Notes: generated from the letters alone by a model not told the origin. A DNA stretch of 64,000 nt from an uncultured Verrucomicrobiae bacterium (GCA_963834385.1 CAWIBO010000005.1:748415-812414), one strand, 5' to 3'. Counted from the stretch's first letter, positions 44,981 through 58,706 are shown. Numbers and translations are program-made.

Positions 44981-45484
44981 GTGCTGGGAGTGGAAGATAG
45001 GGTCACGGAGCAGGTGGCAAAAGCTGAAAACTAGAGTCAGAAAGCCCGGAGGAATGGGCATGGAGTGACAGCCGGAAAGCGGATGAGTCGGCTGGTGGCA
45101 TTTAGCAGGCCGGAGACCAGTTTGCGATCAAGACCTGACAGTTGTGGCGAAGGCTGCTGGCTCTTTCTCCGCACGCTTTTCGGAAAATTGTCGGACAATC
45201 TGAGGCTCGTAGAGAATATCGGTTCGCACGCAGATTGCGGGCGGCAACGTTAGCAACACTAACAGTATCGCCGAAGGTGCAGGAGTCGTTCGAAGGCCAG
45301 TCTCGACGGTGTTCGTCATAATCGATGACCGACGCCGCTCGATCTTCGAGGTGGCGAAAATGCTGCATCAGTTCTCGCTGAGAACGCGAAGCTTCCTCAG
45401 ACCGTGATCGATCGCGTTGATCGAGACTTCAGCGGGAAAGCCGCATGCTCCACGCGTTCATGAAAACCCTGGAAAGCACATAGC

Positions 45485-45615
45485 CGTGCTCCCTGCTCCC
45501 TGCTCCCTGCTCCCTGCTCCCTGCTCCCTGCTCCCTGCTCCCGTGCTCCGTGCTCCGTGCTCCGTGCTCCGTGCTCCGTGCTCCGTGCTCCGTGCTCCGT
45601 GCTCCGTGCTCCGTG
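45485..45615 (+). repeat. Heptamer tandem array (CCCTGCT)n followed by (CCGTGCT)n, about 18 units
   Basis: Read directly, just past the helicase stop codon. Confidence 0.95.
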
Positions 45616-45630
45616 CGTACCGGCGGCGCG

Positions 45631-46942
45631 CTAGCGCCGGCCGAACGATCGCGGGCCGCGGGTGGAGGCGAAACCGCGCGGACGCTGGCCGCTCCGGCGC
45701 GCCGCGGCTTCGCCGCTGCCGCGGGAGCTGTTGCCGGGCGATTTTGGCTCGATCCGCGGACGCGCTTCGCGCCGGGGTCCGCGATCTTCCCGCGGCGGCG
45801 CCGCCGCGTTGTAATCGAATCCTTCCGCCCGTTTCCGGACAATCCCGCGCCCGATAAACCGCTCGAGCGAGCGCAACGGTCCCTGGTCTTCCGGGGTGAT
45901 GAAGCGAAATCGCATCGCCAATCGCCTGGGCCCGGCCGGTCCGGCCAATCCGGTGCACGTAATCCTCGGAGTGCATCGGGAAATCGTAGTTCACCACGTG
46001 CGAAATGCCGTCCACATCGATCCCGCGCGCGGCGATGTCGGTCGCGACCAGCACCCGGACCACGCCTGACTTGAAATCTTTCAGCGCACGCAGCCGCTGG
46101 TTTTGCGATCGGTTGGAATGGATGGTGCCGGTCTTGATCCCGCTGGTCTCGAGCCGGCGCGCAATCCGGTCAGCCCCATGCTTGGTCCGGGTGAAGACCA
46201 GCACGGTGTCGAAGCTCGGGTCTTCCAGCAGATGCAGCAGCAACGCCGGCTTCAGGTGCTGGCGCACTTCGTAAACGAACTGGGTCACGGTCTCGGCCGG
46301 GTTGGCCCGCCGCCCGATCTCCACCGTCTTCGGTGAATTTTGGAACTCGTGGGTCAGACCCTCGATCTCGCGCGAAAGCGTGGCGGAAAACATCAGGGTC
46401 TGGCGTTTGGCCGGGAGCGCTTTCACGATCCGCCGGATCGGCGGCAGGAAACCCATGTCGAGCATCCGGTCAGCCTCATCCAGGACGAAGAACTCGACCC
46501 CGGAGAGGTTGGCGGCTCCCTGCTGCATCAGATCGATCAGACGGCCGGGCGTGGCCACGACCAGGTCGACCCCGGCGCGCAAAGCGGCCATTTGCGGGCG
46601 TTCGCTGACCCCGCCGAAGATGGTGGCCATGCGGAGCGGCAGATGTTTGGCGTAAGCCCGGACGTTCTCCTCGATCTGCGCGACCAGCTCGCGCGTGGGC
46701 GCGACGACCAGGGCGCGCGGACCGCGCCGCTGACCGTTGGCGGGGGCGGCGGCGAGTTTGGACAAAATGGGCCAGACAAAGGCGGCGGTCTTGCCGGTGC
46801 CGGTCTGGGCGATGCCGATGACGTCGTGCCCGGCGAGGATGGGCGGCACAGCGGCCAATTGGATCGGGGTCGGCTCTGTGTAACCGGCCTCGGCGACGGC
46901 TTGCAGGATCTCTGGGGAAAGGTGGAGGGAACGGAACGGCAT
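45631..46942 (-). CDS. DEAD-box RNA helicase (RhlE-like), frameshift near 45905
   Basis: PTPIQ, AQTGTGKT, PTREL, TPGR, LDEAD, SAT, ARGID, HRIGRTGRA. Confidence 0.93.
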
Positions 46943-47029
46943 AAGTGATTACTGTCGCTCAATTTAGGGGGTTTTGCCAGCGGCGGAATCGCTGCTGGCG
47001 AAATGACGAAGGACGGATGACGAAGGACG

Positions 47030-47322
47030 AACTTGGGCTGCGGAGCAGCCGGGAGCCAGGGAAGAAAAGTGAGAATTAGGAAGTAAGAAGGATGAAAGGG
47101 AGCGGGCGCGGCGGAAGCAGGTCCCTCCGTTCCGCCCTCCGCCCCCTGATAACCGATAACCGATAACCGATAACCGATAACCGATCGAACCGACCGTAAC
47201 CGATAACCGATAACCGATCCCCGATAACCGATACCCGCCGTCGCCGACCTCCGACCTCCGACCCTCCGACTTCCGACCTCCGACTTCCGACCTCCGACCT
47301 CCGACTTCCGGCTTCCGGCTTC
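47030..47322 (+). repeat. Composite repeat cluster: GNA hairpin, AGAATT/AGGAAGT tract, half REP, (CCGATAA)n, (CCGACCT)n
   Basis: Read directly; first half closely matches 61685-61860. Confidence 0.9.
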
Positions 47323-47535
47323 TCAGAGCCTTTCCCACTCTTCTGGACTGATTCGCGCTTGATTCAAAATGCGTTTTACGAGTGTCCAATCCAGATCGCT
47401 GCCATGTGGGTTAGGCACAATGAGGCGCCGACCCTCTTTACGCATAAAAGGATGCGATCCTCCCCCCTCGGGTCCCTTCCAGCCACAACTGCGCAAGCGC
47501 CGGATGAACTCGCGCCGCTTGATCGGCTTAGGCAT
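47323..47535 (-). CDS. hicA: HicA-family toxin
   Basis: RREFIRRL...G...GGSHPFM...VPNPHG..L...LVKRILNQA. Confidence 0.88.
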   Translation of the reverse strand: MPKPIKRREFIRRLRSCGWKGPEGGGSHPFMRKEGRRLIVPNPHGSDLDWTLVKRILNQARISPEEWERL

Positions 47536-47773
47536 CCACCAGCTCGCGCGGGTTTAGATCGATCCCATCGATTGCAGGAAGTGGATCACCATGGCGGAGT
47601 CCGCCCATGATCCAGCTTTCAACTGCGCCTCGGAGTTCTTCGCGACACCTCTCAAGAGTCTCAGCTTCAGCCCAGGCGCCCTCGCACTCCGCGATCGAGC
47701 CGAAAAAACGGCTGTTCTCAGTTATCTCGTAATGGGCGTGACGCAAAGCAGCCGCAATATACTCAGTGAGCAT
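47528..47773 (-). CDS. hicB: Short HicB-family antitoxin
   Basis: MLTEYI.AAL..A.YE...FFGSI....G.WAE.ETLE.CREEL...ESW. Confidence 0.88.
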   Translation of the reverse strand: MLTEYIAAALRHAHYEITENSRFFGSIAECEGAWAEAETLERCREELRGAVESWIMGGLRHGDPLPAIDGIDLNPRELVDA

Positions 47774-47827
47774 GAATTGAATCCTAGCCTTTTGTCTTCC
47801 CGGTGCGAGCCGAAAAAAAGAGGGGAC

Positions 47828-47877
47828 GGAAGGACGAGCTTCTGCTCGTCCGCGGACCTGCGGAAGCAGGTCCCTCC
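47828..47877 (+). repeat. REP-like double-hairpin element GGAGGGACGAGCTTCYGCTCGTCC-N-GGACCTGCGGAAGCAGGTCCCTCC; other copies 51404-51453, 57603-57652, 58853-58901, 61994-62042; partial copies 9013, 47111, 61776
   Basis: Stems GGACGAGC/GCTCGTCC and GGACCTGC/GCAGGTCC with complementary ends GGAGGGAC/GTCCCTCC. Confidence 0.9.
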
Positions 47878-47963
47878 GTTCCGCCCCCTGATAACCGATA
47901 ACCGATAACCGATAACCGATAACCGCGCCGTCCCGGCGCCTCCGACTTCCGACCCCCGCCTCG

Positions 47964-48254
47964 CTATGCCGGAACGGGCTCGAACGGCCGGATCCTCGCG
48001 GTTAGGCGGCGCTCCTGCCGTTTCGCTTCACGAAAATCGCACTCGGTCTGTATGTTGAGCCAGAAGCGCGGGCTTTGTGAGAAATATGCGCCGAGGCGGA
48101 TCGACATTTCTGGCGATATCCCTCGTCGGCCCAGAACGATCTCATTAACGGCGCGAGGAGAAACGCCCAGGGCACGCCCCAAGGCGTTCTGCGAGATTCC
48201 CAGAGGCTCCAGGTACTCCTTGAGCAAAATTTCTCCAGGTGTAACCGCTTTCAT
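47964..48254 (-). CDS. higA: HigA-family antitoxin (HTH)
   Basis: TPGEILLKEYLEPLGISQNAL...VNEIV.GRRGISPEM.IRL..YF..SP.FWLNIQ. Confidence 0.93.
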   Translation of the reverse strand: MKAVTPGEILLKEYLEPLGISQNALGRALGVSPRAVNEIVLGRRGISPEMSIRLGAYFSQSPRFWLNIQTECDFREAKRQERRLTARIRPFEPVPA

Positions 48255-48284
48255 GCCATATCCTATAGCGTTATAGGTGCCATC

Positions 48285-48563
48285 TCAATGATAATCTGTG
48301 ATCTCCAGGTTTGCCGGGCCCGCTTCCGTCCAGCGGAAGCAGATTCGCCATTGATCGTTGATTCGAATCGCATACTGGCCGGCGCGGTTTCCTTTCAACA
48401 TTTCCAATCTGTTCCCGGGTGGAACGCGCAGATCCGAAAGCGCTTCCGCGGAATGCATTTGTACCAGCTTGCGAAGGGCGATGCGCGCGAAAGCGCCGAA
48501 ACGTCGCGATACCCCTGTTTCCCAAAGGCGCTCCGTTTCGCGGTCCTTAAACGATTGGATCAT
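48285..48563 (-). CDS. higB: HigB/RelE-family toxin
   Basis: MIQSFKD.ETE.L...DLRVPPGNRLE.LKGNRAGQYAIRINDQWRICF.W...EITDYH. Confidence 0.93.
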   Translation of the reverse strand: MIQSFKDRETERLWETGVSRRFGAFARIALRKLVQMHSAEALSDLRVPPGNRLEMLKGNRAGQYAIRINDQWRICFRWTEAGPANLEITDYH

Positions 48564-48604
48564 GGATCCCGATCACCGCCTTCTTAATTCTTCCTTCTTA
48601 ATTC

Positions 48605-51186
<2,582 letters not shown>

Positions 51187-51235
51187 AACCGTATTCTACG
51201 AGACAAACGCGGGCGCGCACGCGTTCAGCTGTGCG

Positions 51236-51570
51236 GTGATCGGTAGTCGGTGAGTCAGTAGTCGGCGGTCGGCGGTCGGTTTGTGATCGGTGATCGGTGA
51301 TCGGTTCGGTTTGGAGTTCGGTTCGGTTCGGTTCGGTATCGGTTCGGTCCGGTCCGGTCCGGTCCGGTCATAAACTTAACACTTAAGGCTTAAAGCTCCC
51401 GACGGAGGGACGAGCTTCTGCTCGTCCGCGGACCTGCGGAAGCAGGTCCCTCCGTTCCGACCTCCGGCTTCCGACCTCCGACACCGATAACCGATAACCG
51501 ATAACCGATAACTGATCACCGCGCCGTCCCGGCGCCCCCGACTTCCAACTTCTTCCTTCATAATTCTTAC
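51236..51570 (+). repeat. Repeat cluster between divergent clpB and MFS genes: GGTGATC heptamers, (GGTTC)n/(GGTCC)n pentamers, CTTAA tract, REP-like element, (CCGATAA)n, GC hairpin
   Basis: Read directly. Confidence 0.9.
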
Positions 51571-51592
51571 TTCCCGCGTATCTGTCTCTCCC

Positions 51593-52876
51593 ATGCAGCC
51601 GCTCCCCGACGAACTCCCTTTCCGCCAGCGGGCGAAGGAATTGCTGCGGGGCGGACCGTTCCGGCGCTACATCCTCGGATCGGCTGTCTCCGACACCGGC
51701 ACCTGGATGCAGGTCATGGCCCAGGGCTGGGTCCTGAGCACGCTGACCAACAGCGCTCTCATGCTCGGCATGGTCAATTTCGCCGCCGGCATTCCCACGC
51801 TCGCCCTGACCATGTTCGGCGGCTCGGTGGCCGACCGCTACGACAAGCGGATGATCCTGATCCTGACCCTGGTGCTCCAGATGGCCCTCGCCATCGCGCT
51901 CGGGCTGGTGATTCTCTTCGGGACCGTCCAGATCTGGCACATCGTCCTTTGCGCCGCGCTCCTCGGCGTGGCCATTGCCTTTGAAATGCCGGCCCTGACC
52001 GCGCTCGTGCCGGAACTGGTGAAGAAGGAGCAGATCGCCGCGGCCATCGCGATGGACCGCTCGGTCTTTCACGCGTCGCGCCTGATCGGTCCCTCCACCG
52101 CCGGCATTCTCGTCTCCGTTTTCGGGGCGGCCTCCGCCTTTTTCGCCAACGCCACCTCCTTCCTGGCCCTGATCGTGGCCATGCTCACCCTGCCGCCCCG
52201 CACCCCGGGCACGGCGCAGGAGGAGGAACAGCGCAAAAGCGGTTTCATGGAGGGGATCCGTTATGTCCGCTCGGAAAAGACGATTCTCTCGCTCATCATC
52301 CTGATCGCGCTCACCACCACCTTTGTTTACCCGGTGGTGGGATTGATGCTCCCGCTTTACGTGAAGAACCTGCTCCAGCTCGGACCGGACAAGCTCGGTT
52401 ACCTCATGGCGGTCTCCGGCATCGGCTCGCTCTCCGGCTCGCTCGGCCTGCTCACCGTCGCCCCCGGCCGCCGCATCAACGTCATCACCATCGGCGCCGC
52501 GGTCGTGGCCGCCTGCGTCTTCGTGATGTCGCGGTCCACCAGTTTCCTCGTCACCGCCGGCGCCATGGGCATCCTCGCCATCGGTCTTTCCATGCTCTTC
52601 GGCCTTTCCAACACCATCGTGCAGGAACGAACGCCGCCCGCCCTGCGCGGACGCGTCTCCGCCGTTTACGGCCTGAGCTTCTTCGGCCTCATGCCGATCG
52701 CCGGCCTGGTCGTGACCGGTCTCTCCGACCTGATCGGCATGCGCACCGCCCTGATGCTGGCCGCCATCGTTTATGGGGTGACCGCGGTCTGGAACCTGCG
52801 TCGTTGCGAGCATACCCCGGCCGTGGCCACGACCACACCGGCCCCGGCGGAACCGGAACCGGCACCGCTCGTTTGA
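51593..52876 (+). CDS. MFS transporter
   Basis: About 12 TM segments, GGSVADRYDKR motif, LRGRV. Confidence 0.92.
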   Translation: MQPLPDELPFRQRAKELLRGGPFRRYILGSAVSDTGTWMQVMAQGWVLSTLTNSALMLGMVNFAAGIPTLALTMFGGSVADRYDKRMILILTLVLQMALAIALGLVILFGTVQIWHIVLCAALLGVAIAFEMPALTALVPELVKKEQIAAAIAMDRSVFHASRLIGPSTAGILVSVFGAASAFFANATSFLALIVAMLTLPPRTPGTAQEEEQRKSGFMEGIRYVRSEKTILSLIILIALTTTFVYPVVGLMLPLYVKNLLQLGPDKLGYLMAVSGIGSLSGSLGLLTVAPGRRINVITIGAAVVAACVFVMSRSTSFLVTAGAMGILAIGLSMLFGLSNTIVQERTPPALRGRVSAVYGLSFFGLMPIAGLVVTGLSDLIGMRTALMLAAIVYGVTAVWNLRRCEHTPAVATTTPAPAEPEPAPLV

Positions 52877-52890
52877 AATCCCTCCCTCCC

Positions 52891-53803
52891 GTGATCGCCT
52901 TCTCCACCTGCTGGAACTCGAGCCGGCACACCGCCGGTGAGGAAATGCTGCGCGAAATCAAGGAACTCGGCTTCGACCTCGTCGAGCTCGGGCACGGCAT
53001 CCGCATCTCGCTCCTGCCCGGCATCCAGGAATATGCCGAAACCGGCGCGGTCCGGTTCAGCAGCCTGCACAACTTCTGTCCCCTCCCCGTGGAGGTGATG
53101 ACCGCCTCGCCCGATTGCTACCAGTTTTCCGCCTTCGACGCGGGCGAACGGGAACGGGCCGTCCGGCAAACCTTCCAGACAATCGACTTTGCGGAGCGGC
53201 TCGGCGCCCCTTTTGTTGTCCTGCATTGCGGCGAGGTGCGGATGAACCCGATCACGGACGAGCTCGTGGCCCTGGCGAAGGAAGGCCGGCTTTTTTCGCG
53301 CGAATATGTGAAGGCCAAGGTCCGGGCCGTGCAACGCCGCGAGAAACGCGCCCCGCGCTATCTCGTCCGGGTGCGCGACTGCCTGCGCCGCATTGTTGAT
53401 TATGCCGCGACGAAAAACGTGAAGCTCGGGATCGAGGGCCGGCGCGGTTACGAGGAAATCCCGAGCGAACGCGAGATTCCGCAGTTCCTGGAGGAGTTCA
53501 ACGCACCCCATGTCGGCTACTGGCACGACATCGGCCATTTGCAGGTGAAGGAGAACCTCGGGTTCCTCAACCACGCGGAATGGCTGGAGACGATCGGGCC
53601 GCGCACCTTTGGCTGTCACATGCAGGACGTCATCTGGCCCGCGCAGGACCACCAGCCGCCGTTTCGCGGGCCACGTCGATTTTGACCGCCTCCTCCCGCT
53701 GCTGCCGCCCGAGTGCCTTTACGTCTGGGAATTGAGCCCGCGCCGCAGCGTTGAGGAAGTGCTGCGCTCGGTCGCGATCTGGCAGGAACGTTTCGCCGCG
53801 TGA
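52891..53803 (+). CDS. Sugar phosphate isomerase/epimerase (TIM barrel), frameshift near 53670
   Basis: FSTCWNS, VELGH, SLHNFCP, VVLHCG, WHDIGH, HMQD, WELSP. Confidence 0.8.
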
Positions 53804-54838
53804 AAAAAATTCTCCTGACGCTGCTGCAGTTGAGCGTGACGGCGGCGATCCTTTACTGGGTCTTCCACGACCCGGTGGCCCGCGCCAAGATGGCCACGGC
53901 GCTGCGCCAGGCCGACTACAGCTGGATCGTCTTCGGCATCCTGGCCTATTTCGTGGTCGAAGCCTGCACCGCCTTTCGCTGGCACGTCCTGCTCAAGGTC
54001 CAGGGGATCAACCTTTCCGCACCCGCGCCTGACCGGCCTGTTCCTGATCGGGATGTTCTACAACCAGTTTCTCCCGGGCGGCACCGGCGGCGACATCATG
54101 AAATCGTACCTGCTCCTGAAGGAAACGCCCGGCCGGGCCACGGGCGCGCTCCTGGCCGTGGTCTTTGATCGCCTCGTCGGCCTGATCGCGCTGGTCGCCA
54201 TTACCGGGACCCTGATCGGGTTGCGCTACGATTTCCTGGCGCAGACGCCGGAGACGCGGCAGCTCCTCTGGATTCTTCTCGTGATCCTGGGGAGCGCGGT
54301 TTTCGGTTTGCTGACCAGTTTTGTCATCAGCGGGTTCAACCTGGCGCACCTCCTCCCGCAAAAATTTCCCGGGCGCGAAAAGCTGATCGAGATCTCCGCG
54401 GCCTACCATCTGTACGCGCGGCACTGGCGGACCACCGCGGTGGCGTTCGGGGCCTCGATCGTGGCCCATCTCGGGACCTTCGCGACGTTCCTCTTCGTGG
54501 CCTTCGCCTTTGGCGCGCGCATCCCGCTCCTCGACTTCTTTGCCGTCATGCCGGTGGAACGCACCATTTCCTCGCTCCCGATCAGTTTCGCCGGCGTCGG
54601 GGTCCGCGAAAAGGTGCTCCAGGTGATGCTGCACAACCTTTGCGGGGTGCCGGAAGCCGTGGCCGCCCTGATCGGCTCGATGAGTTTCCTGATCATTCTT
54701 TTCTGCTGCCTTCCGGGCGGGATCGTTTACTTCTTTTATAAACCGAGCGGGCCGGCCGGCATGCTCCCGCTCAGCGAAATGAAGAAGGAAGTCGCCGCGG
54801 TGGAGCATGAGATCGAGGTCAACGACACGCAAAACTAA
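53800..54838 (+). CDS. Lysylphosphatidylglycerol synthase TM / flippase-like membrane protein (UPF0104), frameshifted
   Basis: RWHVLL, FYNQFLPGGTGGD, DRLVG, PISFAGVGVRE. Confidence 0.85.
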
Positions 54839-55550
54839 ACCGGGGAAACCGGAGCGCCCCCTGCGGCTGCAGCGGCCGTTTGTCGCCGTGACCTTTGCCA
54901 TGACCCTTGACGGCAAGATCACCACCCGTGCTTTTTCGCCGGTCGATTTCACCTCGCGCGAGGACAAGCGCCATCTGCTGCGCCAGCGCGCCCGCGGCGA
55001 TGCCGTCCTCGTCGGGCACACCACCGTCCGCCGGGATAATGTCCGGCTGGGCGTGCCCGACGCCGCCATGCGCAAGGAGCGCAGCAAACGCGGGCAGACC
55101 GAGTATCCGCTGCGGGTGATCGTTTCCAACGAAGGCCGGATCGACCCGGCCCTGAACGTTTTCCAGACCGATATCTCGCCGATCCTGATTTTTTCCACGA
55201 CGCGCATGCCGCGGAAGACGCAGAAGGCGCTGCGGGAGAAGGCCACCCTGCACCTGAGCTCGGAGCGGACGGTCGACCTCGCCTGGATGCTGCATCAGCT
55301 CCGGTGCGATTACCGGGTGCGCCATGTGGCCTGTGAAGGGGGCGCCTCGCTTTTCCGCGCCCTCCTCGAGCACGACCTGGTGGACCAGTTGAACCTGACC
55401 ATCGCGCCGTTTCTTTTTGGTGGCGCCGACGCCCCCACCCTGACCGGCCTCGACAAGACGCTTCCTGCCCCGGAGCGTGGAACTGACCCTCAAGGAGATG
55501 CGGGTGGTGGAGGAGGAATGTTTTCTGACCTACCGCGTGAAACGGCGTAA
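54807..55550 (+). CDS. RibD C-terminal (DHFR-like) reductase domain protein
   Basis: RPFV...AMTLDGKI, DAVLVG..T, CEGGASL, LVDQL.LTIAP.LFGG. Confidence 0.87.
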   Translation: MRSRSTTRKTKPGKPERPLRLQRPFVAVTFAMTLDGKITTRAFSPVDFTSREDKRHLLRQRARGDAVLVGHTTVRRDNVRLGVPDAAMRKERSKRGQTEYPLRVIVSNEGRIDPALNVFQTDISPILIFSTTRMPRKTQKALREKATLHLSSERTVDLAWMLHQLRCDYRVRHVACEGGASLFRALLEHDLVDQLNLTIAPFLFGGADAPTLTGLDKTLPAPERGTDPQGDAGGGGGMFSDLPRETA

Positions 55551-55683
55551 GTTGGGGAAAGGCAGAAGACTAATTAGGAAACCAGGAACACAGGAAAAGA
55601 AATAGGAGTTAAAGCCCGCCACTGGTCACCGATTCACCGATCACTGATCACCGTCTCATTCTTACCTTCTCCCTTTCCCAGAC

Positions 55684-56142
55684 ATGCGCAAGACCAACTC
55701 CATCATCATCCACGCGCCGCGGCCGTTGATCTTCGAGACCGCCGCCAACCTCGAGCTTTGGCCGAAGATCCTGCCGCATTACCGTTACATCACCTACCTC
55801 GAGCGCGGGCCCGACCGGAACCATGTGATCATGGCAGCCACGCGGTCCGGCATTCCCATCTCCTGGGAATCGGAGCAGGTGATCGACCGCGAGAAGTTCG
55901 AGATCCGGTTTCATCACCTCAAGGCTTTCACCAAGGGGATGGATGTCGTCTGGACCCTGACCGAGACGCCGGCCGGCGTGCTCGTCGAGATCAGGCACGA
56001 CCTGAAATTTCGGGTCCCGTTCCTGGCGCCAATCGCCGAGCCGATCATCGGCGATTTTTTCATCCATGCCGTGGCCAATCGCACACTTGCGCTGCATGAA
56101 AGCGTATCTCGAGAACATGCCGGGCGCGTAACATCGGTGTGA
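55684..56142 (+). CDS. SRPBCC / polyketide cyclase-dehydrase family protein
   Basis: NSIII.AP...IFE.A.NLE.WPKILPHY, START-like pattern. Confidence 0.75.
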   Translation: MRKTNSIIIHAPRPLIFETAANLELWPKILPHYRYITYLERGPDRNHVIMAATRSGIPISWESEQVIDREKFEIRFHHLKAFTKGMDVVWTLTETPAGVLVEIRHDLKFRVPFLAPIAEPIIGDFFIHAVANRTLALHESVSREHAGRVTSV

Positions 56143-57386
56143 AACACCCGCGCAGAGCCGTCATCACCGGGCTTGGACCGATCACCTGCATCGGCACCGG
56201 CCGCGAAGCGTTCTGGAAGGGATTGCGGGCGGAACGGAGCGGGATTCGGCGGGTGGCCTCCTTCGACACCACCGGGTTCAACGCCCACTGCGGGGGCGAG
56301 ATCACCGATTGGAACCCCGAGGAACATTTCCCGCCGCATCGCCTGAAACGGCTCGACCGTTACGCCCAGTTCGCCGTCGGCTCGGCCCGGCTGGCGCTGG
56401 CCGATGCCGGGCTTTCCTACTCGCGCGAGGACCCGCAGGCGCGCGTCGGGGTCAGCTTCGGCACCGCCCTTGGGGGCGTCGCCGGCGCCGAGCAACAGCA
56501 CACTCATTTCCTGAAGAAAGGGACGCGCGGGGTCAACCAGACCCTCGCCGTCCAGGTCTTTGGCGGGTCGGCCCACTCCAACATCGCGCTCGAATTCGGC
56601 CTGCGCGGCGCCGGCACGACCAACTCGAACAGTTGCGCCAGCGGCACCGTCGCCGTGGGCGAGGCGCTCCGCTATATCCGCGACGATTTTGCCGACGTCA
56701 TGATCGCCGGCGGGGCGGAAGCGCCGCTCAGTCCGCTGACCTTTGGCGCTTTCGCCATTATCAAGACCATGAGCCAATGGGACGGCGACGCCGCCGTGGC
56801 CTGTCGCCCATTTGATGCGCAGCGCGACGGCTTTGTCATGGGGGAAGGCGCCGCCGCCCTCGTGGTGGAGGAACTCGAGCACGCGCGCGCGCGCGGCGCG
56901 CATATCTACGGCGAGATTCTCGGGTTCAGCCTGACCAATGACGCCTGGCACATGACGACGCCGTTGCCCGCGGCGGAATCTTCCGTGGCGGCGATGCGCC
57001 ATGCTTTGCGCGACGCGGGACGCGCTCCCGACGAGGTTGATTACGTGAACGCGCATGCCAGTTCGACCCAACTGGGCGACGCCGCCGAGGTGGTGGCGCT
57101 GCGGGAAGTCTTTGGCGGGCATTTGCCCCGCGTCCCGGTGAGCGGGACGAAGCCGTATACCGGTCACCCGCTCGGTGCGACCGGGGCGATGGAAGCGGTC
57201 ATTTGCGCGCTGGCCCTCGAGCACCAATGGATCCCGCCCACCCTGAACCGTGATCATCCCGACCCGGCCTGCGACATCGACACGGTGCCGCACCACGGCC
57301 GTGAGGCCAGGCTGCAGACAATTCTCAGCAACGCCTTTGGCTTCGGCGGGATCAACGCCTGCATCGTCCTCGGCGCCGCGCCGTAG
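56139..57386 (+). CDS. Beta-ketoacyl-ACP synthase II-like protein
   Basis: AVITGLG, SCASG (Cys), RPFD..RDGFVMGEG, NAHASST, TGHPLGA, SNAFGFGG.NA. Confidence 0.92.
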   Translation: MKHPRRAVITGLGPITCIGTGREAFWKGLRAERSGIRRVASFDTTGFNAHCGGEITDWNPEEHFPPHRLKRLDRYAQFAVGSARLALADAGLSYSREDPQARVGVSFGTALGGVAGAEQQHTHFLKKGTRGVNQTLAVQVFGGSAHSNIALEFGLRGAGTTNSNSCASGTVAVGEALRYIRDDFADVMIAGGAEAPLSPLTFGAFAIIKTMSQWDGDAAVACRPFDAQRDGFVMGEGAAALVVEELEHARARGAHIYGEILGFSLTNDAWHMTTPLPAAESSVAAMRHALRDAGRAPDEVDYVNAHASSTQLGDAAEVVALREVFGGHLPRVPVSGTKPYTGHPLGATGAMEAVICALALEHQWIPPTLNRDHPDPACDIDTVPHHGREARLQTILSNAFGFGGINACIVLGAAP

Positions 57387-57389
57387 CCT

Positions 57390-57735
57390 ACTCCCTTCTC
57401 GTCCTGCTCCTGATCCTGATCTTGATCCTGCTCCTCTTTTTTAGACAGGATTAACAGGATTTTACAGGATTGGGGGATAGGTAGTCTTAAGCTTTAGGTT
57501 TTAAGCTTTAAGGGCAAGGTGGGCGGCACGGACCGCTCATCTGCCGAACAACGTTGCAGCGTGCCCCTGCTTAAAACTTAAGACTTAGGAGAGCTTTACA
57601 GCGGAGGGACGAGCTTCTGCTCGTCCGCGGACCTGCGGAAGCAGGTCCCTCCGTTACCGATCACCGACCCTCCGACTTCGCCCCCAATAACAAATAACGG
57701 TTAACCAATAACCAACTCCCGACCCCCGACCTCCG
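57390..57735 (+). repeat. Repeat cluster between convergent genes: ATCCTG hexamers, ACAGGATTW 9-mers, inverted TTTAAG/CTTAAA tracts, REP-like element, heptamers
   Basis: Read directly. Confidence 0.85.
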
Positions 57736-57736
57736 C

Positions 57737-58414
57737 TCACCCGCCCTCTTCCAGCATGTCCGGCCGGTTCCGGCGGGTGCGTGCCAGGCCCTGTTCCTCG
57801 CGCCACCGGGCGATGCGGACATGATCGCCGGAGAGGAGAACATCGGGGATCTTCCAGCCGCGAAACTCGGCCGGGCGGGTATACTGCGGCCCTTCCAGGA
57901 CGCCTTTGCAGAAGGAGTCGTCCCGGGCCGACTGTTCGTCGCCGAGGACGCCGGGAAGAAGCCGCACCACCGCGTCCACCAGGACCGCCGCCGCGAGGGC
58001 GCCGTTGGTCAGGACATAATCGCCAATGGAAATCTCCTCATCGACGAGGTGTTCCACCACCCGGTGATCCACGCCTTCGTAATGCCCGCAGACGATGACG
58101 AGGTGCGGCAGGGCCGCCAGTTGGCCGGCGCGGACCTGATTAAAGCGCCCGCCCTGCGGGGTCATGAGGATGACCCGGCTTTCCGGTGTCCGCAGTTCCT
58201 CGACCGCGGCAAAGATCGGTTCGGGCTTCAGAACCATGCCCTGGCCGCCGCCGAAAGGGGCGTCATCCACCACGCGGTGTTTGTCGGTGGCCCAGCGACG
58301 GAGATCGTGCACGTGCAGGTCGAGCAGCCCTTTGTCGCGGGCGCGCTTGAGCATGCTCTCGCCGAGGGGACCCGCGCAGATGGCGGGGAAGATCGTGATG
58401 ATGTCGACGCGCAT
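57737..58414 (-). CDS. trmD: tRNA (guanine-N1)-methyltransferase
   Basis: [40 protein letters not shown]. Confidence 0.96.
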   Translation of the reverse strand: MRVDIITIFPAICAGPLGESMLKRARDKGLLDLHVHDLRRWATDKHRVVDDAPFGGGQGMVLKPEPIFAAVEELRTPESRVILMTPQGGRFNQVRAGQLAALPHLVIVCGHYEGVDHRVVEHLVDEEISIGDYVLTNGALAAAVLVDAVVRLLPGVLGDEQSARDDSFCKGVLEGPQYTRPAEFRGWKIPDVLLSGDHVRIARWREEQGLARTRRNRPDMLEEGG

Positions 58415-58475
58415 GGTGGTCGCTCGCGCAGGGTTATCCGCGGGCGGTTTCGCGAGGGTCAACCGCCTCCCACGG

Positions 58476-58706
58476 TCATTCGATGATCTCGATCGTGGCT
58501 TTTTGTCCGTGGCGCGCCGCTGAGCTGGCCAGGAGCGAACGGATGGCCTGGATGGTCTGGCCGTTGCGGCCGATGATCCGGCCCACATCGCTCTGGCGCA
58601 TGGCCACCCGGAAGACAACGACACGATCAGAAGGAGTCTCGGTGATGATTGCTTCCTCGGGGAATTCCACCAGCTGGCGAATGATGAATTCGAGGAACTG
58701 TTTCAT
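58476..58706 (-). CDS. khpA: KH-domain RNA-binding protein
   Basis: [17 protein letters not shown]; located between rpsP and trmD. Confidence 0.88.
   Translation of the reverse strand: MKQFLEFIIRQLVEFPEEAIITETPSDRVVVFRVAMRQSDVGRIIGRNGQTIQAIRSLLASSAARHGQKATIEIIE

Noticed and set aside
45100..45480. Short ORFs between the helicase and wecB
   Set aside because: No recognisable motif or consistent reading frame; left unannotated.
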